The notes under the pieces were generated by a model. That model did not search any database. It saw only the letters and a program-made list of their open reading frames with translations, and was not told the origin of the DNA. Shown here one piece after another: positions 43,949-55,881 of a DNA stretch of 64,000 nucleotides; the first letter of the stretch is position 1, and every line of letters begins with the position of its first letter. Both the position numbers and the translations under genes were made by a program. The stretch is from Cyanophora paradoxa CCMP329 (Eukaryota; Plantae; Glaucophyta), in assembly GCA_004431415.1 (NCBI GenBank), contig QPMI01000637.1:215910-279909 (forward strand). The letters run 5' to 3'.

Positions 43949-46220
43949 TTATCTTTCGAAGTCCAATGTAGCCCTTGCTCTGGTTCCCTGAATTCGTTTA
44001 ACCTCTGATTTCACATTGAAGATTTCCCTTACTCTCTTCATCACAGAAACACATTCAACTTTATCATCGACACTTCTGTATGATTTGTAAATGATATCAC
44101 TCGAAACAAAGTCGTTTGCATTATGGGTAACTTCGAAATTATCCCTAAGCCATTCACCAATCTTATCATTTTCAGCTATAAAGTTTATTCCCTGTTCAAT
44201 AATCGATTGAGGGGGATTTCTTAAGATCTCTTCAACCTCTTTGTTCTTCCACATATCCAGTAATATCTTCATGTGAGCCATCTTATACTCATCATCATTG
44301 TGTAGAAGTGTGAACAGAGTTGGGTCAGCTTTCTTCTGACCAGCTTCAGGCTTCTCTCTGAATATATTATTGAATCTCTGGTATGAAAGTCTTCTTTGAA
44401 TTGCAAAGTCTGGTTTATTTATAGTCAAATTGTCATTAGTTGTAATGTAAACCTGGAACATTGGAGTGAGGATTACTGGGTCTTTGAACAAGGCTCTCAC
44501 AGTCATTTCATTTCCACCTGTGACCTCCTTAATTTTGGAGATCTGCAGTTTATCACCATCTTCAGCCTCATTACTGAATACAAGTCGCTTTCCAAGGAGT
44601 TTGGCAAGTTCAGGAGTAGCATCTGATGAGTTCTTTTTAGGTTTGGTCCAATAGGATATTTCGAGAGGGCTATAATAAGCCCCTGAAATCTGTTTGCAGT
44701 ATTCCTGAACAAGTGATTTACCATTTGCCCCAGCACCAGTCCACATGTAGAACTTCTGTGATTTTGTTGATCCACTGAGGGCAATTGCAATAGATGCCAG
44801 AAGGTAGTTTCGCTCTGCTGGATCATCTACAATCTCTCTATAAATCTGATTGAGATGGTCTACTTTCTTGGGTCTACATTCTCAGTATAATCATAACCCA
44901 CACTCTTGCTCACCATATCTTCCAGTTTCCCCTTTCTGAAAGTCATAGTTGTCAGATCAAATACACCATTATCGAATCCAATTACATATGGAACTGTATC
45001 AATCTTTTCATAGAATTCATCATCATTCAGCAGAGGGAGCAGATCAGTCAGAAGGGATTTGCGATATCCTGATTGTTTAAGATTTTTGGCAATAGAAATT
45101 AATGTTTTCGATTTCTCTTCGAAAGCTGTTCTATTCTCTTCATCCTTCAAAGCTCTTTGGCTATAATGCACAGCCCTGCCAAGGTATTGAGGGACAACAA
45201 GGCAACTTATGTCTAGGTAAATCTTTTGGTTTGTGTCATCATGCTCCCAAATCCCAGTATCAGTATTGAGTTTGAACCATGACTTTTTGGAGTATCTCCA
45301 AGTATGTTGTAGTACCTCTTTGCACACAAGACTGACATCATAATGAGCGCCTCCAGAACCAGCGGATTATCAATGAGATTGAAGATATCAGATTGCATTC
45401 CAATGAAGATAAATCGTTTTTTGCAATTGCCACTGTAGCTGGACACAATATACTTTTTATCTTCTCCTTTGGCTTTCATAACATACCAGTTATTCGATTC
45501 ATGGGACCATTGCAGCATGGGCAATTAGTCCCTTATTAGCAGCATCAAAGCTAAAGCCAGTTCAGTTTAGAGATTATATTGGGATGCATAAAGCCCATAT
45601 CCACCAGCTCTTTAAGAATACTCTTTTCCAGTCATCATTGAGTAGCATAGCAGTATACTCACTCTTATAGATATAGTTCTCTGCAATCCACTTTTTAAAC
45701 TCATCAGTAGGCTCATTGAAATCACAGGTATCATCCCATGGAGCAATTACCCAGGTCTTGTTGACACTGGGACAAACATTAATTAATCCAGAAGTTCCAG
45801 TTCCAGTGATTGTTTTCAGGTCAACCTTTCAAAGCCTTTAAAGCCTGGAGCCTTATCGGTATTTTGAGTTTAGTGAACTCCTCAGGTCGTTTAAGTAGAC
45901 ATGATAGCCTTTTTTAGTTTTTGCCATGGGCTGATTGGCATCAAAGTCATCAGGAAACATATCTCGGAATTTCTCAAAGTCCTCCTCATCATCAAAGTCA
46001 ATAACCATCATGTTGTCTGAGAGCAGAATGCCCCAAGATACATACTGATTAGTTGCCAGCGCTTCCTCATACTTTTCCCAGGACCAAGCACCTCCCTTAT
46101 GCTTGAAAACTGGGTCTTTGCTGTCAGGTTTCACTGGATAATCATGTTTTTGGCGAGTTCCTCATCAGAACGAAGCCAGTTAGCGAGCGATTTGATTAAC
46201 TTGGTCTGTTTGGCGTTCAT
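43949..46220 (-). CDS. Prim-Pol (AEP) plus D5-like SF3 primase-helicase (frameshifted)
   Basis: VIDFD and TKKGYHVY (primase); IGFDNGVFDL (D5_N); WTGAGANGKS Walker A, GKRLVFSNE Walker B, AIQRR. Confidence 0.88.
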
Positions 46221-46237
46221 TTTCAGCGATTGGGGTC

Positions 46238-46276
46238 CCTTTTATATATATAGAAGATTTTTCTTTAAGTAGTTTT
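46238..46276 (-). promoter_or_regulatory. Conserved upstream motif (candidate viral promoter)
   Basis: 38/39 identical to 47561-47599. Both lie just upstream of minus-strand ATGs, and a related copy is at ~46700-46735. Confidence 0.6.
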
Positions 46277-46429
46277 GGGTCCCCAATCATTTTTTGTTGG
46301 AAATCGAGAAAGTATCCCTACGAAATTTATCCACATGATATATCGAGTGGTTCAGATACAAAAAGGATGAATTGGTATTTCAGCGAATAAACAGCATATC
46401 CCAGCCTAGTAATATGCTGGGAAAAATAA

Positions 46430-46684
46430 TTTAGACATGTTTCGATTTTCTCCCTCTGTTTGAGTAAGGGACATCATACAAATATTTGACAAAGCAGACT
46501 GCATTGGCTGCATACTTTCGCTGACATGAACTTGCTATTTTCATGGCTCTATAGGTATCATCGGTTTGATATAGATCTCTTAGCTGTGTGGCTATTTTTT
46601 CGTTAAACTTTTGATTTGAGCCTTACCTTTTTCAGTTTGCTGGTACCTCTTCATAGCTCTCTTCTGGGCTTCACTGAGTGGCAT
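46430..46684 (-). CDS. Small basic protein (MPLSEAQKRAMKRYQQTEKGK..), frameshifted
   Basis: The ATG lies downstream of the promoter-like motif; a 1-nt shift near 46600 would give ~84 aa. Confidence 0.35.
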
Positions 46685-46740
46685 TTTTCCTCTGTCTCTC
46701 TTAATATATATAGAGAATTCTTTAAATCATTTTTTGTTCT

Positions 46741-47557
46741 TTAACCTCTCTGTCCAAATCTCTCAATATACATAAGTTTGAAATGCTTACCTAGCAATGC
46801 TACAAATGGTTCGATTTCCAAGGTCTCCCATGTTTTCTTGTCCTTATTCCATCTGCAATCTAATCCTTTTGCGATATCTTTTTTAAGAAAAGGCACCTGA
46901 AACCCAGCAACCAATGTGTTTGTTGTACTGAGTTCTGCATACATTTCAATCAATGCAGATCTACCCTCTCTGAACCTCTCTATATCATCTCTGCGAAGAT
47001 TATCCATTTTTGGAATGAACTGGTTGCACCAAATCAGGAAAAGATTAACTGCATGTCTATTCCTTGCTCTTTCTTGTTCTAATTCTCTCTGCCTTCGCTC
47101 TCTTTCTTCTAATTCAAGTTGTTTCTTTCGCTCCTCTGCTTCTTTCTGGATTTGCTTTTTCTTTCCAATTCCTCCTCCTTTATGATAATCCTGCACTTAT
47201 TGCAGAAATTATCCTTACGGTTTTTATGTCGATCTCCGCATTTCTTGCATATATCTTCCTCCTTGCACCATTTGGCATAAATCGTTTAATGCAGCAGTTG
47301 CCAACAAGAACCACAATCTTTTTATCCACATGCAAGATGTAGCATTGTTCTTCAATATGATGCTTGCAAGCACAGCTGTTTGAGTGTGGAGGAAGGCTTT
47401 CGTGAGTCAAATCATACTTTGCAAGTTTCAAATACAAAGAGTTCATATATTTGCTTCTCCCCAAAGCGACAAAGTCTTTAAAGTTATTAGATCCACAAAG
47501 AAACATTAATGTAGCCTTCAAGCGTTCCAGAGAAGATGTTGCTTTGTTCTCTGCCAT
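46741..47557 (-). CDS. Cys-rich protein with C-terminal DUF5710-like domain (one frameshift)
   Basis: CACKHHIEEQCYI..VGNCCIKRF, a coiled coil, then FQVPFLKKDIAKGLDCRWNKDKKTW. Confidence 0.6.
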
Positions 47558-47560
47558 TGT

Positions 47561-47599
47561 CCTTTTATATATATAGAAGATATTTCTTTAAGTAGTTTT
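47561..47599 (-). promoter_or_regulatory. Conserved upstream motif (second copy)
   Basis: The minus strand reads aaaactacttaaagaaatatcttctatatatataaaagg-aca-ATG. Confidence 0.6.
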
Positions 47600-47667
47600 C
47601 ATCAAATTTTTGCGTTCGGAATATCCCATTTAAAACCTCCCCTTTTAGTAGGAACAAGTTAGGAACA

Positions 47668-50600
47668 ATGCCCCGAATTAGCAACAGACTTATTAGAGAA
47701 AAGAAATGGGAACTCATGGGATTACTGGGAACACTGTATGCAGCCCATGAAATTACAGAGGCTGAATATGACCGGGAAATCGGATTTATTTCAAGGGGCA
47801 GACCCACTTTAGCAAAATTAACCAGAAAAGCCAATAACCTCTATGACAAAGTTGAGACTCTTGATGAACTCGATCGCCTGAGGCAAATAGAACCAGAGGC
47901 AGAAGATGGAACAGCAATGAATGAATTATATCGCTGGCTCACTTACAGAGCCAGAAGGGAAGTTGTTGTTGATGTGATTGAATATTTAGATAGAATTGCA
48001 ACCTCTCTACCAAAACGTTTAAGAGACAGTCTAGATCAATTCAGGGCAATCAAAGTTCGCTTATCGTTTATCTGCAAGTTCGTAAAAGTCAGCAATCCAC
48101 AGGTTTGGATATCGAAATACATTTACAGCGATTATTTTGTATTAACCAAATCGAGAAATATTCGAACTGAGCTGAATAAAGCAGCCCAAATGTGTCAGGA
48201 GCAGATGAATGTGGTTGATAGCTATCGATTGGAGAGAATCGAAATGCTAAGAGTTGCTATTATGAGTTATGCCCCAACTGGTGGCTGCTATGTTAAAACA
48301 CCAGAATCAATTGCAGCTAAGAAAGCCACAGTGAATATTCGAAATATTGATGATTCTTGCTTCGAAAATGCCATTTTGGCATGGATCCATAGGAAAGATG
48401 TAAATTCCCACAAGAGAAGTGAGCTTACACAATATCGCAAATGGAAATACTCACCAACCACATACAATCCTTTGGCTCTCAATTTCGACAATATCCCATT
48501 CCCTGTTCCTTGTGATGCTGAAATCATTGATAAATTCGAAGCTCAAAATGCAGGCATTAGCATAAACATCTTTGGAATGGATGGAGATGTTATATATCCA
48601 CTGCATCAATCCAGCAACCCAGGCAGAAAGCAAAAGATTAATCTCATGCTCATTCATGATGATGAAGGGAATGGTCACTATATTACAATCATGTCCCTTT
48701 CAAGACTTCTCAGAGTTGCCCTTGATAAAACCAAGGATCAAAAGTTACACTACTGTGATACATGCTTATCTCGATTCAGGTCTGAGGCTAAACTCACTGC
48801 TCATGTGGACTCAAACAGATGCATTGATTGGAGACTCTCAAAGGGAATCACCCCTAAACCTGAGACCACCATAGAGTTTGGACTGAAAAACCTCAGGAAA
48901 ACTGTGTGGCTTCCTGTTGTGGTTTACTGCAAGATTGAACATAGAAGCATCCCATTGATGCATCGAAATCCAAAAGGGAAGTCTCAGCAGTCAACCTGAG
49001 AGTAGTCACTGGGGAAGATGTTCAAGATTTTCGATTTGAGGGGCAGGATCCAATGGGAGTCTCTTTGAATGCTTGGAGTCCAAAGCTAGAGAACTAATCG
49101 ATTTCCTGTTCACCAATATTCCAATGAATGAACTCACAGATGAGCAAAAGGCTATTTACAGGCTACTAAACACTGTTACCTTTGCAGTGAGAGGTTCACT
49201 AAGGAAAACTTCAAATGCAGAGATCATGATCACCACACAGGTAATTACATTGCACCTGCATGCAGAAACTGCAATCTCCATAGGAGAATCTCAAAGCAAA
49301 CCAAAGTTGCAGTTGTTGTTGACCAAATGGATGACTGTGGGACATTCATTTTCAGAAAAATAGCAGGCATGGGTGATAAAAAGCGAATCGAAATCCTTTC
49401 GAAAAACTTTGATCAATACCTGTCATTGCAATGGGGTCTTTACAAGTTCATTGATGCAAGCAATTTCATGGATTTTGGAGCTGCTGATGTAGATGAGTTA
49501 ATGAACAAATTCCAGGCTTTTAGAAGGCTTTCACACTCAGTATATGGATTGGACCCAGTTCATTATGTATCTGCACCTGGGTTATCTTGGGATGCTATGC
49601 TTAGGACCACCAAGGCAAAAATAGAGCTTATAAGTGATGTAGAGCAATACGAATTTGTTGAGAGGGGAATCAGGGTGGCTTTGCAACAATGCCTTGTAGG
49701 TATGCTGAGGCTGATGGTGAAAACTCCACATTATGCTGTTTGATGCTAACAACTTGTATGGCTACTGTTTGAGTCAGCCAATCCCAGTTGGTGATTTTAG
49801 ATGGGAGACCGAATTCAACCCACAAGATAACAGATCCAGTTTCCTGGAAGTTGATCTGGATTACCCAATTAGGCTATATCTAGACCACAGTGATTTCCCC
49901 TAATTATTAACAAGAAAATAGTAGAATATGCCGAATTATCACAATATCAAAAGAGCCTATTAGATCTTTCAGGAGAAGAGCTTGATAAGACCCCTAAGCT
50001 AACTGCAACCTTTGGTTCTGTGACCAACTATGTGATTTCTGAGCCTCTTCTACAGTATCTGTTGGACAAAGGTGTGAAATTAAAGAAAGTTCACAGGGTC
50101 CTATCATTTACTGTGGCTCCTGTCATGAAACCCTATATTGAGCTGAACACTGAGATGAGAAGGAAAGCAGTGAATAAATTCGAGGCTGATTTCTATAAGC
50201 TCATGAATAACTCAATCTATGGAAATGCATTGAATCTTGCAGAGGTAGATCTGTGGTTAAGATTGCAAACAGTGAGAAACTGTTTATGAAATATGCAGCC
50301 TCTCCATTGGTGAAATCAACAAGCCCATAAACGAAAGAGCAGTTGCCTTTGAGTTTTACACAAAACATGTGAAGCTAGATAAGCCAGTTGCCATTGGAGC
50401 CTATGTTTTGGATGCAGCCAAACTGCATAATTACCAGTTCTTCTATGATACTGTAAGGTCCAATGGTCCAAAGCCAAATTACTGTTCCATGATACTGATT
50501 CCTTTTGTCTATATATCGAATCTAAGACCTTACAAAAAGATATAGAGAATATATCTTATGCCTTGGACCTAGGGGGATCTAACAGAATGACCCCAGGTAA

Positions 50601-50904
50601 ATACAAAAATGAGATGCCAGGTTCTGCTATATTGGAGTATGTGGGTCTCAGAGCCAAAGTTTACAGTTTCAGAACTGCTGAGATTGAGAGGAGTAAGCTC
50701 TCTGGGACTTCAACTGAGGAACTCCAATTTAATGATTTTAAGCAGTGTTTATTTGCAGGTATCAGCAAGACTGTGACTGCAAAGCAGAAAAGAAGGGCAG
50801 ATCACACAATAATAGACACTGTGAGTAGAAGGGTTGCCCTAAACTGCTTTGATGCAAAGAGATACATCTTACCAGATGGTATTAATTCTGTTCCTTTTAA
50901 TTAA
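47668..50904 (+). CDS. polB: Protein-primed family B DNA polymerase, Polinton type (frameshifted)
   Basis: CYLC..RDHDHHTG..CRNCNL insert; GLDPVHYVSAPGLSWDAML; motif A FDANNLYG (~49740); motif B YKLMNNSIYG; motif C FHDTDS (~50490); GLRAKVYS; FDAKRY. Confidence 0.92.
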
Positions 50905-50907
50905 GAG

Positions 50908-52268
50908 ATGCCAGCAACTGGAAGAATAGTTAGAAGAACCACTGAGCAACTGCAAGGTAACCTACTGCCCATCACAGTTCCAAAGGAGGAAAAGGGGGAA
51001 TCTCGAATTGTCAAAAAATCAGAGATGAAAGAGCTTGTCCCAGTAGAGATCCCAGTTGCTATTGCAGTGAAAGAAACTAGCAAGATTGCCAAGAGATTCT
51101 ATGATGTGAGGACTGGTTACAAAGGGCTTCAAGCTATGAGAGCTGAGTTACCAGATGAATCCTATAAGCAGTTGCAAGAGTTCTATAAAAAACAAGAAGT
51201 TGTTCAGATCAATGCACCTGCTATATCTAGGAAGAGAGATCCCATGGTCCCAATTAGGCAACCCCTTGATACCTATGTGATTGATTTGCTCTTTTTCCCA
51301 GCTTATAAGAAACAAAACAATGGCTATGATACATTTATGACTGCAATGGAATCAACACTGAGAACTGGGTATATTATACCTATAAGAGATAAATCAGCTC
51401 TCACTACATTGGCTGCATTTAAACAGCTTGAGATGAGAGTGGCAAGACCAATAGTAAAGGTTCAATCAGATGCTGGGAGTGAATTCCAAAATCGAATATT
51501 CCAGGAGTATTTATCTAGTAAATTCATAGAACACCAAGTGAGTGGAACTGCTGACCATAGAAGCCAAGGTCGAATTGAAGCCTTTAACAAGCAGATTAAG
51601 AGACTGATCACAAACTACTGCATAGCTAATAACACAGCTAGATTCTTTGATGTGTTAGGTGATATTGAGTATAATTACAATAATACAGTTCACTCAGCTA
51701 CTAAGATGAAGCCAGGTGAAACTACAGAGGAGCATTACAGGTATATAGTGGGATTAGAAGATGAGAGATTCAAGAAATCAATAGCTTATCTTGATACCAT
51801 GCAGCCTGGCATGTTTGTTAGAGTGAAAGTTGAGAAGAACCCTTTGCTAAACAGGGTAACAATTGGTCTAGGATGGTTTACACAGTTGATAGTAGGGAAG
51901 GCTTTAAGTTTAAGCTAAGGAGTCCCACTGGTGAGATCATAGATAACAGGTTTGCATTCCATGAGCTGTTGCCTGTGAATGCAGTTGAATATCTAGAAAC
52001 CCCTACAGTGGATGCCTTAGAGCAAGCTAAAGAGGAAGCTAGGGTTGATGCTGCTATAAGGAGAGAAGGCATAGAAGCTGCTAATGAAGTCCCAGATAAG
52101 CCTTTGATAGAGGCTAGGAAGGAGAAGGCTGGGAAAGTTAATAGGGAACTCAAAAAGCTCACCATAGCAGGCACACAGAAACTTTCAGAAGTGAATAGCC
52201 AGAGATGGTATAGTGACTTTCAGACTACTAAGGAGTCATATACAGCCCTAAACCTCAAAGAACACTAA
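50908..52268 (+). CDS. Retroviral-like (rve) DDE integrase, Polinton type (frameshift near 51845)
   Basis: YVIDL / QSDAGSEF / RIEAFNK catalytic triad, YNNTVHSATKMKP, then an SH3-like GMFVRV..NWS..VYTV. Confidence 0.9.
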
Positions 52269-52769
52269 GAGAGAGGACCAAAACTAGCTAGTTTGCTAGC
52301 CGAAAACTCGTTTTTTCCAAATATATGTATGACTGATATACATATATGCATATGATATACACATTGTCTTGTAGATCTTTTCAAGCGCTTCACAGCGATA
52401 TGCAGAACGTTGCGATTTGATAATCTGGTGATGAGATACAAGCGTTTGAAGATGCCGATTATCGATTTTTCGAGATTTCGGAATGATGCATCATAATGAT
52501 GTAATAATGATGTATCATAAACACATAACATATATTATCGCCGTGATCGTCATGATCTCCCGAGTTCGATGGTGTGTCATATATATCATATACATATGCA
52601 TCGTCATTATGACATCATTTCGTAACATAACACGTCCGTCATCGTCTTTTTTCCGCAGCGAACAGATAAGTGAACAGTTAACGAGACAACTATTGTAATA
52701 GTGTACTGCAACAACAATTGAAAACAAGATATGCGGGAAAGCTATTGAAAGACAATGAAGCAAATTGCG

Positions 52770-52868
52770 AACAATTAAGTGAACAGTTAAGTGGACACCT
52801 GTTGGGAGTAGGCAGTGTCTACTCGTTTATCGTGAAACGGTGTCCACTTAACTGTTCATTTAACTGTT
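52770..52868. other. Non-coding 30-bp inverted repeat with a nested hairpin
   Basis: aacaattaagtgaacagttaagtggacacc (52770-52799) pairs with 52839-52868; the loop contains gagtag..ctactc. Confidence 0.7.
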
Positions 52869-53060
52869 GACGAAAACCCATGCATTATGACATCATATCA
52901 TTAAACCACATACAAAACACTAAAATGCATGTATCTCTTCACCAACTCATCATGTGACAAAACCAAAAACAGATTCGGAATCCTCTTAACGAGGCCTGCC
53001 TGACGATGTAAGTATCATAGGCTCAATAATTCATATGTTTATAAGCATCTCCCCAAGATT

Positions 53061-53927
53061 CCCCCTATTATATAATATTTATATTAAAGTGGACTCTAGG
53101 TTGACTCATATTAATCGTAAAAGTAGTAATAGTATATGGATTTTGTTACGAATTCAATGCAAGGGTTGACTAAGTGGGTTGAGTTGACTCAAATTTCACA
53201 GGAAATAACAATGAATCAGAGTATAAAATGCATTTTTTGAATCAACTACACCAACTAACACTGAGATTTTCACAATATATGAGATCCTTACTGAATATGG
53301 TATGTGTCACAGGTGTCACAGGTTTATCCCAGCTCAAGCCTATAAAGAGTGATTTCCCTTTCGATGGATGGACCTGTGACACCTGTGACACCCAATTATT
53401 CATTAAATTCCTAAGGGTCCCCCTTAGACTCAATAAAACAATGATAAAAACATATAAGTTTCATGTATAATTACGATTGAATTCAATAAGAGATCGATTT
53501 GTTTTATTTAACAAATGAATCTTTTATGGATCTTAATCGAGTTTAGCGATATTTTCCGATTAAATGAATTAAATTTAATTAAATTTAATCGAGAAAGTAC
53601 ATGAATATAATATCGATTAAATCAATTAACTTTTAGACCAATCACACATAGTAAAATGCGGAGTTTTAACCAGAGGCAAGATCTAATTGAGATTCAGTTA
53701 TATTATTCGGAAATATATACAGATTATCGATAGACTCAGTAAGACTAATCGGAAAATAAGAGAAATTTACGATAAAATATCGAAAAGAATACAAAATAAT
53801 CGAAATAAATGAATATTCGATAAGATATACACAGATTATCGATTGATTGAAATAGAATATACGAGATATATCAACAAAATCAATTAAGATAAGCCGAGGG
53901 TTAAAACTCCGCATTTTACTATGTGTG
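53061..53927 (-). repeat. Right terminal inverted repeat
   Basis: It ends ...gcattttactatgtgtg and is the reverse complement of the left TIR. Confidence 0.95.
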
Positions 53928-53979
53928 CCGGGGCCCTCGCGAACGCCCCCGTCGCCGTTGCTAGCGCCGTTGCGTGCAG

Positions 53980-55059
53980 GCCGCAGAAGTGCTGGCGATC
54001 GCGGACTGCGACGGGAACACGCCGCTCCACTACGCCGCCCGCGCGGGGGCCTCCGATCGCGAGGCCAGTACAGTGGCTCATGCTCGTGATCACTGGCCGA
54101 GCCTGCGCTCTTTTCGCGCTCTTATTATGAGGCGTCACAGGTCGTCGCGTGCATGCTGCGCGCCGGAGCGCCTGCAGGCACGGCGCGGGACGCGGCGGGG
54201 CGCACGGCGGCCGAGGTTTCCCCGCCTACTGTCCGCGCTTTCATCGAGCGTGCGTGTCTGCCCATGGCCGGTGTATGCGCGGCGTGGGGGGCACTGGATG
54301 CTCTGGCCCGCGCGCAGGGTTCGTGGAGACGGGGAAGATGGAGCGGCACGTGGGCCGCCTGGACGAGCTGCCGGCGCCGGCCGCGCACAGCTGCGAGGAG
54401 CCGGGGCCCGAGGAGCCGGCGATCGAGGCGGGGGCCGGGGCCGGGGCGGCGGAGGCGAGCGACGCCGAGGACGACCTCCGACCCGCAAAGCGGCCCAGGG
54501 TCCGCCTCGAGCTTCTTCCTCGCGATCGCTGCGTATTCATCGCTTGTTCCGTTCGAGCTGACGGCGGCACATGCACAGCAGCGGGAAGAGGCGACCGAGG
54601 AGGGCGAGGCGGGGGCGCGGCGGCGCTCGGGCGGGCGTCAAGGGCGCGGGGATGAGCTTCGCGGAAGAGGCGTCCGAGGCGGGCGAGTCGGCGGCGGCGG
54701 CGGAGGAGGAGGAGGAGGAGGAGGATGAGCCGGACGCGGGGCCGGCGCCAGCAGGGCGCTCGTCGGGGGAGGAGGAGAGGGCGGAAGAGGAGGAGGCGGT
54801 GCGGGGCGCGCGTCGCGCGCGGCGGCGGGCGACCGGCGGACGGGCAACGGCCCCGCGGCCGGCGAAGGCGAAGGCGAAGCGGGGTCGCGGCCAGATGCAG
54901 AGCGGCGGCGACGAGCCGGCGGGCACGAGCTCGAGCTCGAGCTCGCAGCCACGGCCACGCTCCTCGGACCCCGAGCTCGAGGGCGCGGAGACAGTGGCCG
55001 CGGTGACGGCGCCCCGGCGCTCCGCGCGCCGGCGCTTCAACAGCAGCGGCGGAAAGTGA
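53980..55059 (+). CDS. 3' part of a host ankyrin-repeat protein with acidic/basic tail
   Basis: An acceptor gcgtgcag| is followed by AAEVLAIADCDGNTPLHYAARAG; the next exon reads MLRAGA..RDAAGRTAAE; then PAKRPR and a Glu-rich tail. Confidence 0.6.
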
Positions 55060-55881
55060 TCACGACGGTCGCGCCTCCTCGAATCTCAGAATCCTGCATT
55101 GGATTCATTTCCCCATTTGCATATCACGACGCGATCGAGCTGTGTTTCTCAAACGAACAACCAGTTACACTCAAACCATGGCCACTCAAGCTTCGATATC
55201 TGGTGCCACCAGGGGCTTCCAGGTGGGGTCGGGCCGGGCGGTCGGAGGGCAGAGAGGCCGGGGGGCGTGGGAGGTGGGGGAGAGGCCAGGGATTCCGAGC
55301 GTTTTCGCGTGATTTCGATTCAATTTTGCAGCTGGCGCGGGGGGCAAAAACATTTGGCCGCGGGTAAGGGGGGGGCGGGAGAGGGGCCGGGAACTCTAGG
55401 CCCCAGCCCGCGGCCGGCGGGAAACCGCAGCTCATCATGATCATGATCGATATCATTATCATGAGGTGCGAGATCATGACAGTGATCAAGATGAGCTGCA
55501 GTCGATCATCGGCTGGGGAATAACTTGTAAGGTCATGATCATCAGCTGATCATGGTTCGAAATCGACCTTTCTGTGCGCAGTGACCCTCTCTCAAATTCT
55601 CAAAGACCGTTAAAGCATCAACGCATGCGCATTAGGCCTCGGGCAGCCCCTCCCCACTCGTCACGCCATTCTTTTTTAATTTCTTTGACTTCTGCCCCCA
55701 TGCGAGAACATCGCTCATGATCATGATCGAGCGAACCCCAAATCGCATATGCATTTTCCACAAGCGCATCCGCGCAGCAGTAACGATTCGGTTAATTTCT
55801 CGAACCCGACATAGGCGTCGGCGCTATCCGAGCGAATTTGAGTTCATGCTGCTCGCGAGGAGGCCCGGCGCGGGGTCATGG

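Larger units (their letters stand above)
26419..53927. mobile_element. Endogenous Polinton-like virus / Maverick-type element, 27.5 kb, apparently full length
   Basis: There is an abrupt switch to AT-rich, intronless, gene-dense DNA. It has ~870-bp TIRs starting CACACATAGT and carries pPolB, rve integrase, packaging ATPase, MCP, pentons and a D5 helicase. Confidence 0.93.

Noticed and set aside
26419-53927. Interpretation as a prophage, bacterial contaminant or giant-virus fragment, given the S74 fibre, speD and D5
   Set aside because: TIRs, pPolB, rve integrase, A32 ATPase and jelly-roll capsid genes fit a Polinton-like virus; there is no terminase, portal or RNA polymerase gene.
55427-55740. 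TGATCA/ATCATG-rich palindromic patch with a 17-bp stem (55427-55499)
   Set aside because: Self-complementary low-complexity sequence forms such stems easily; no boundaries, TSD or RNA family motif were seen.
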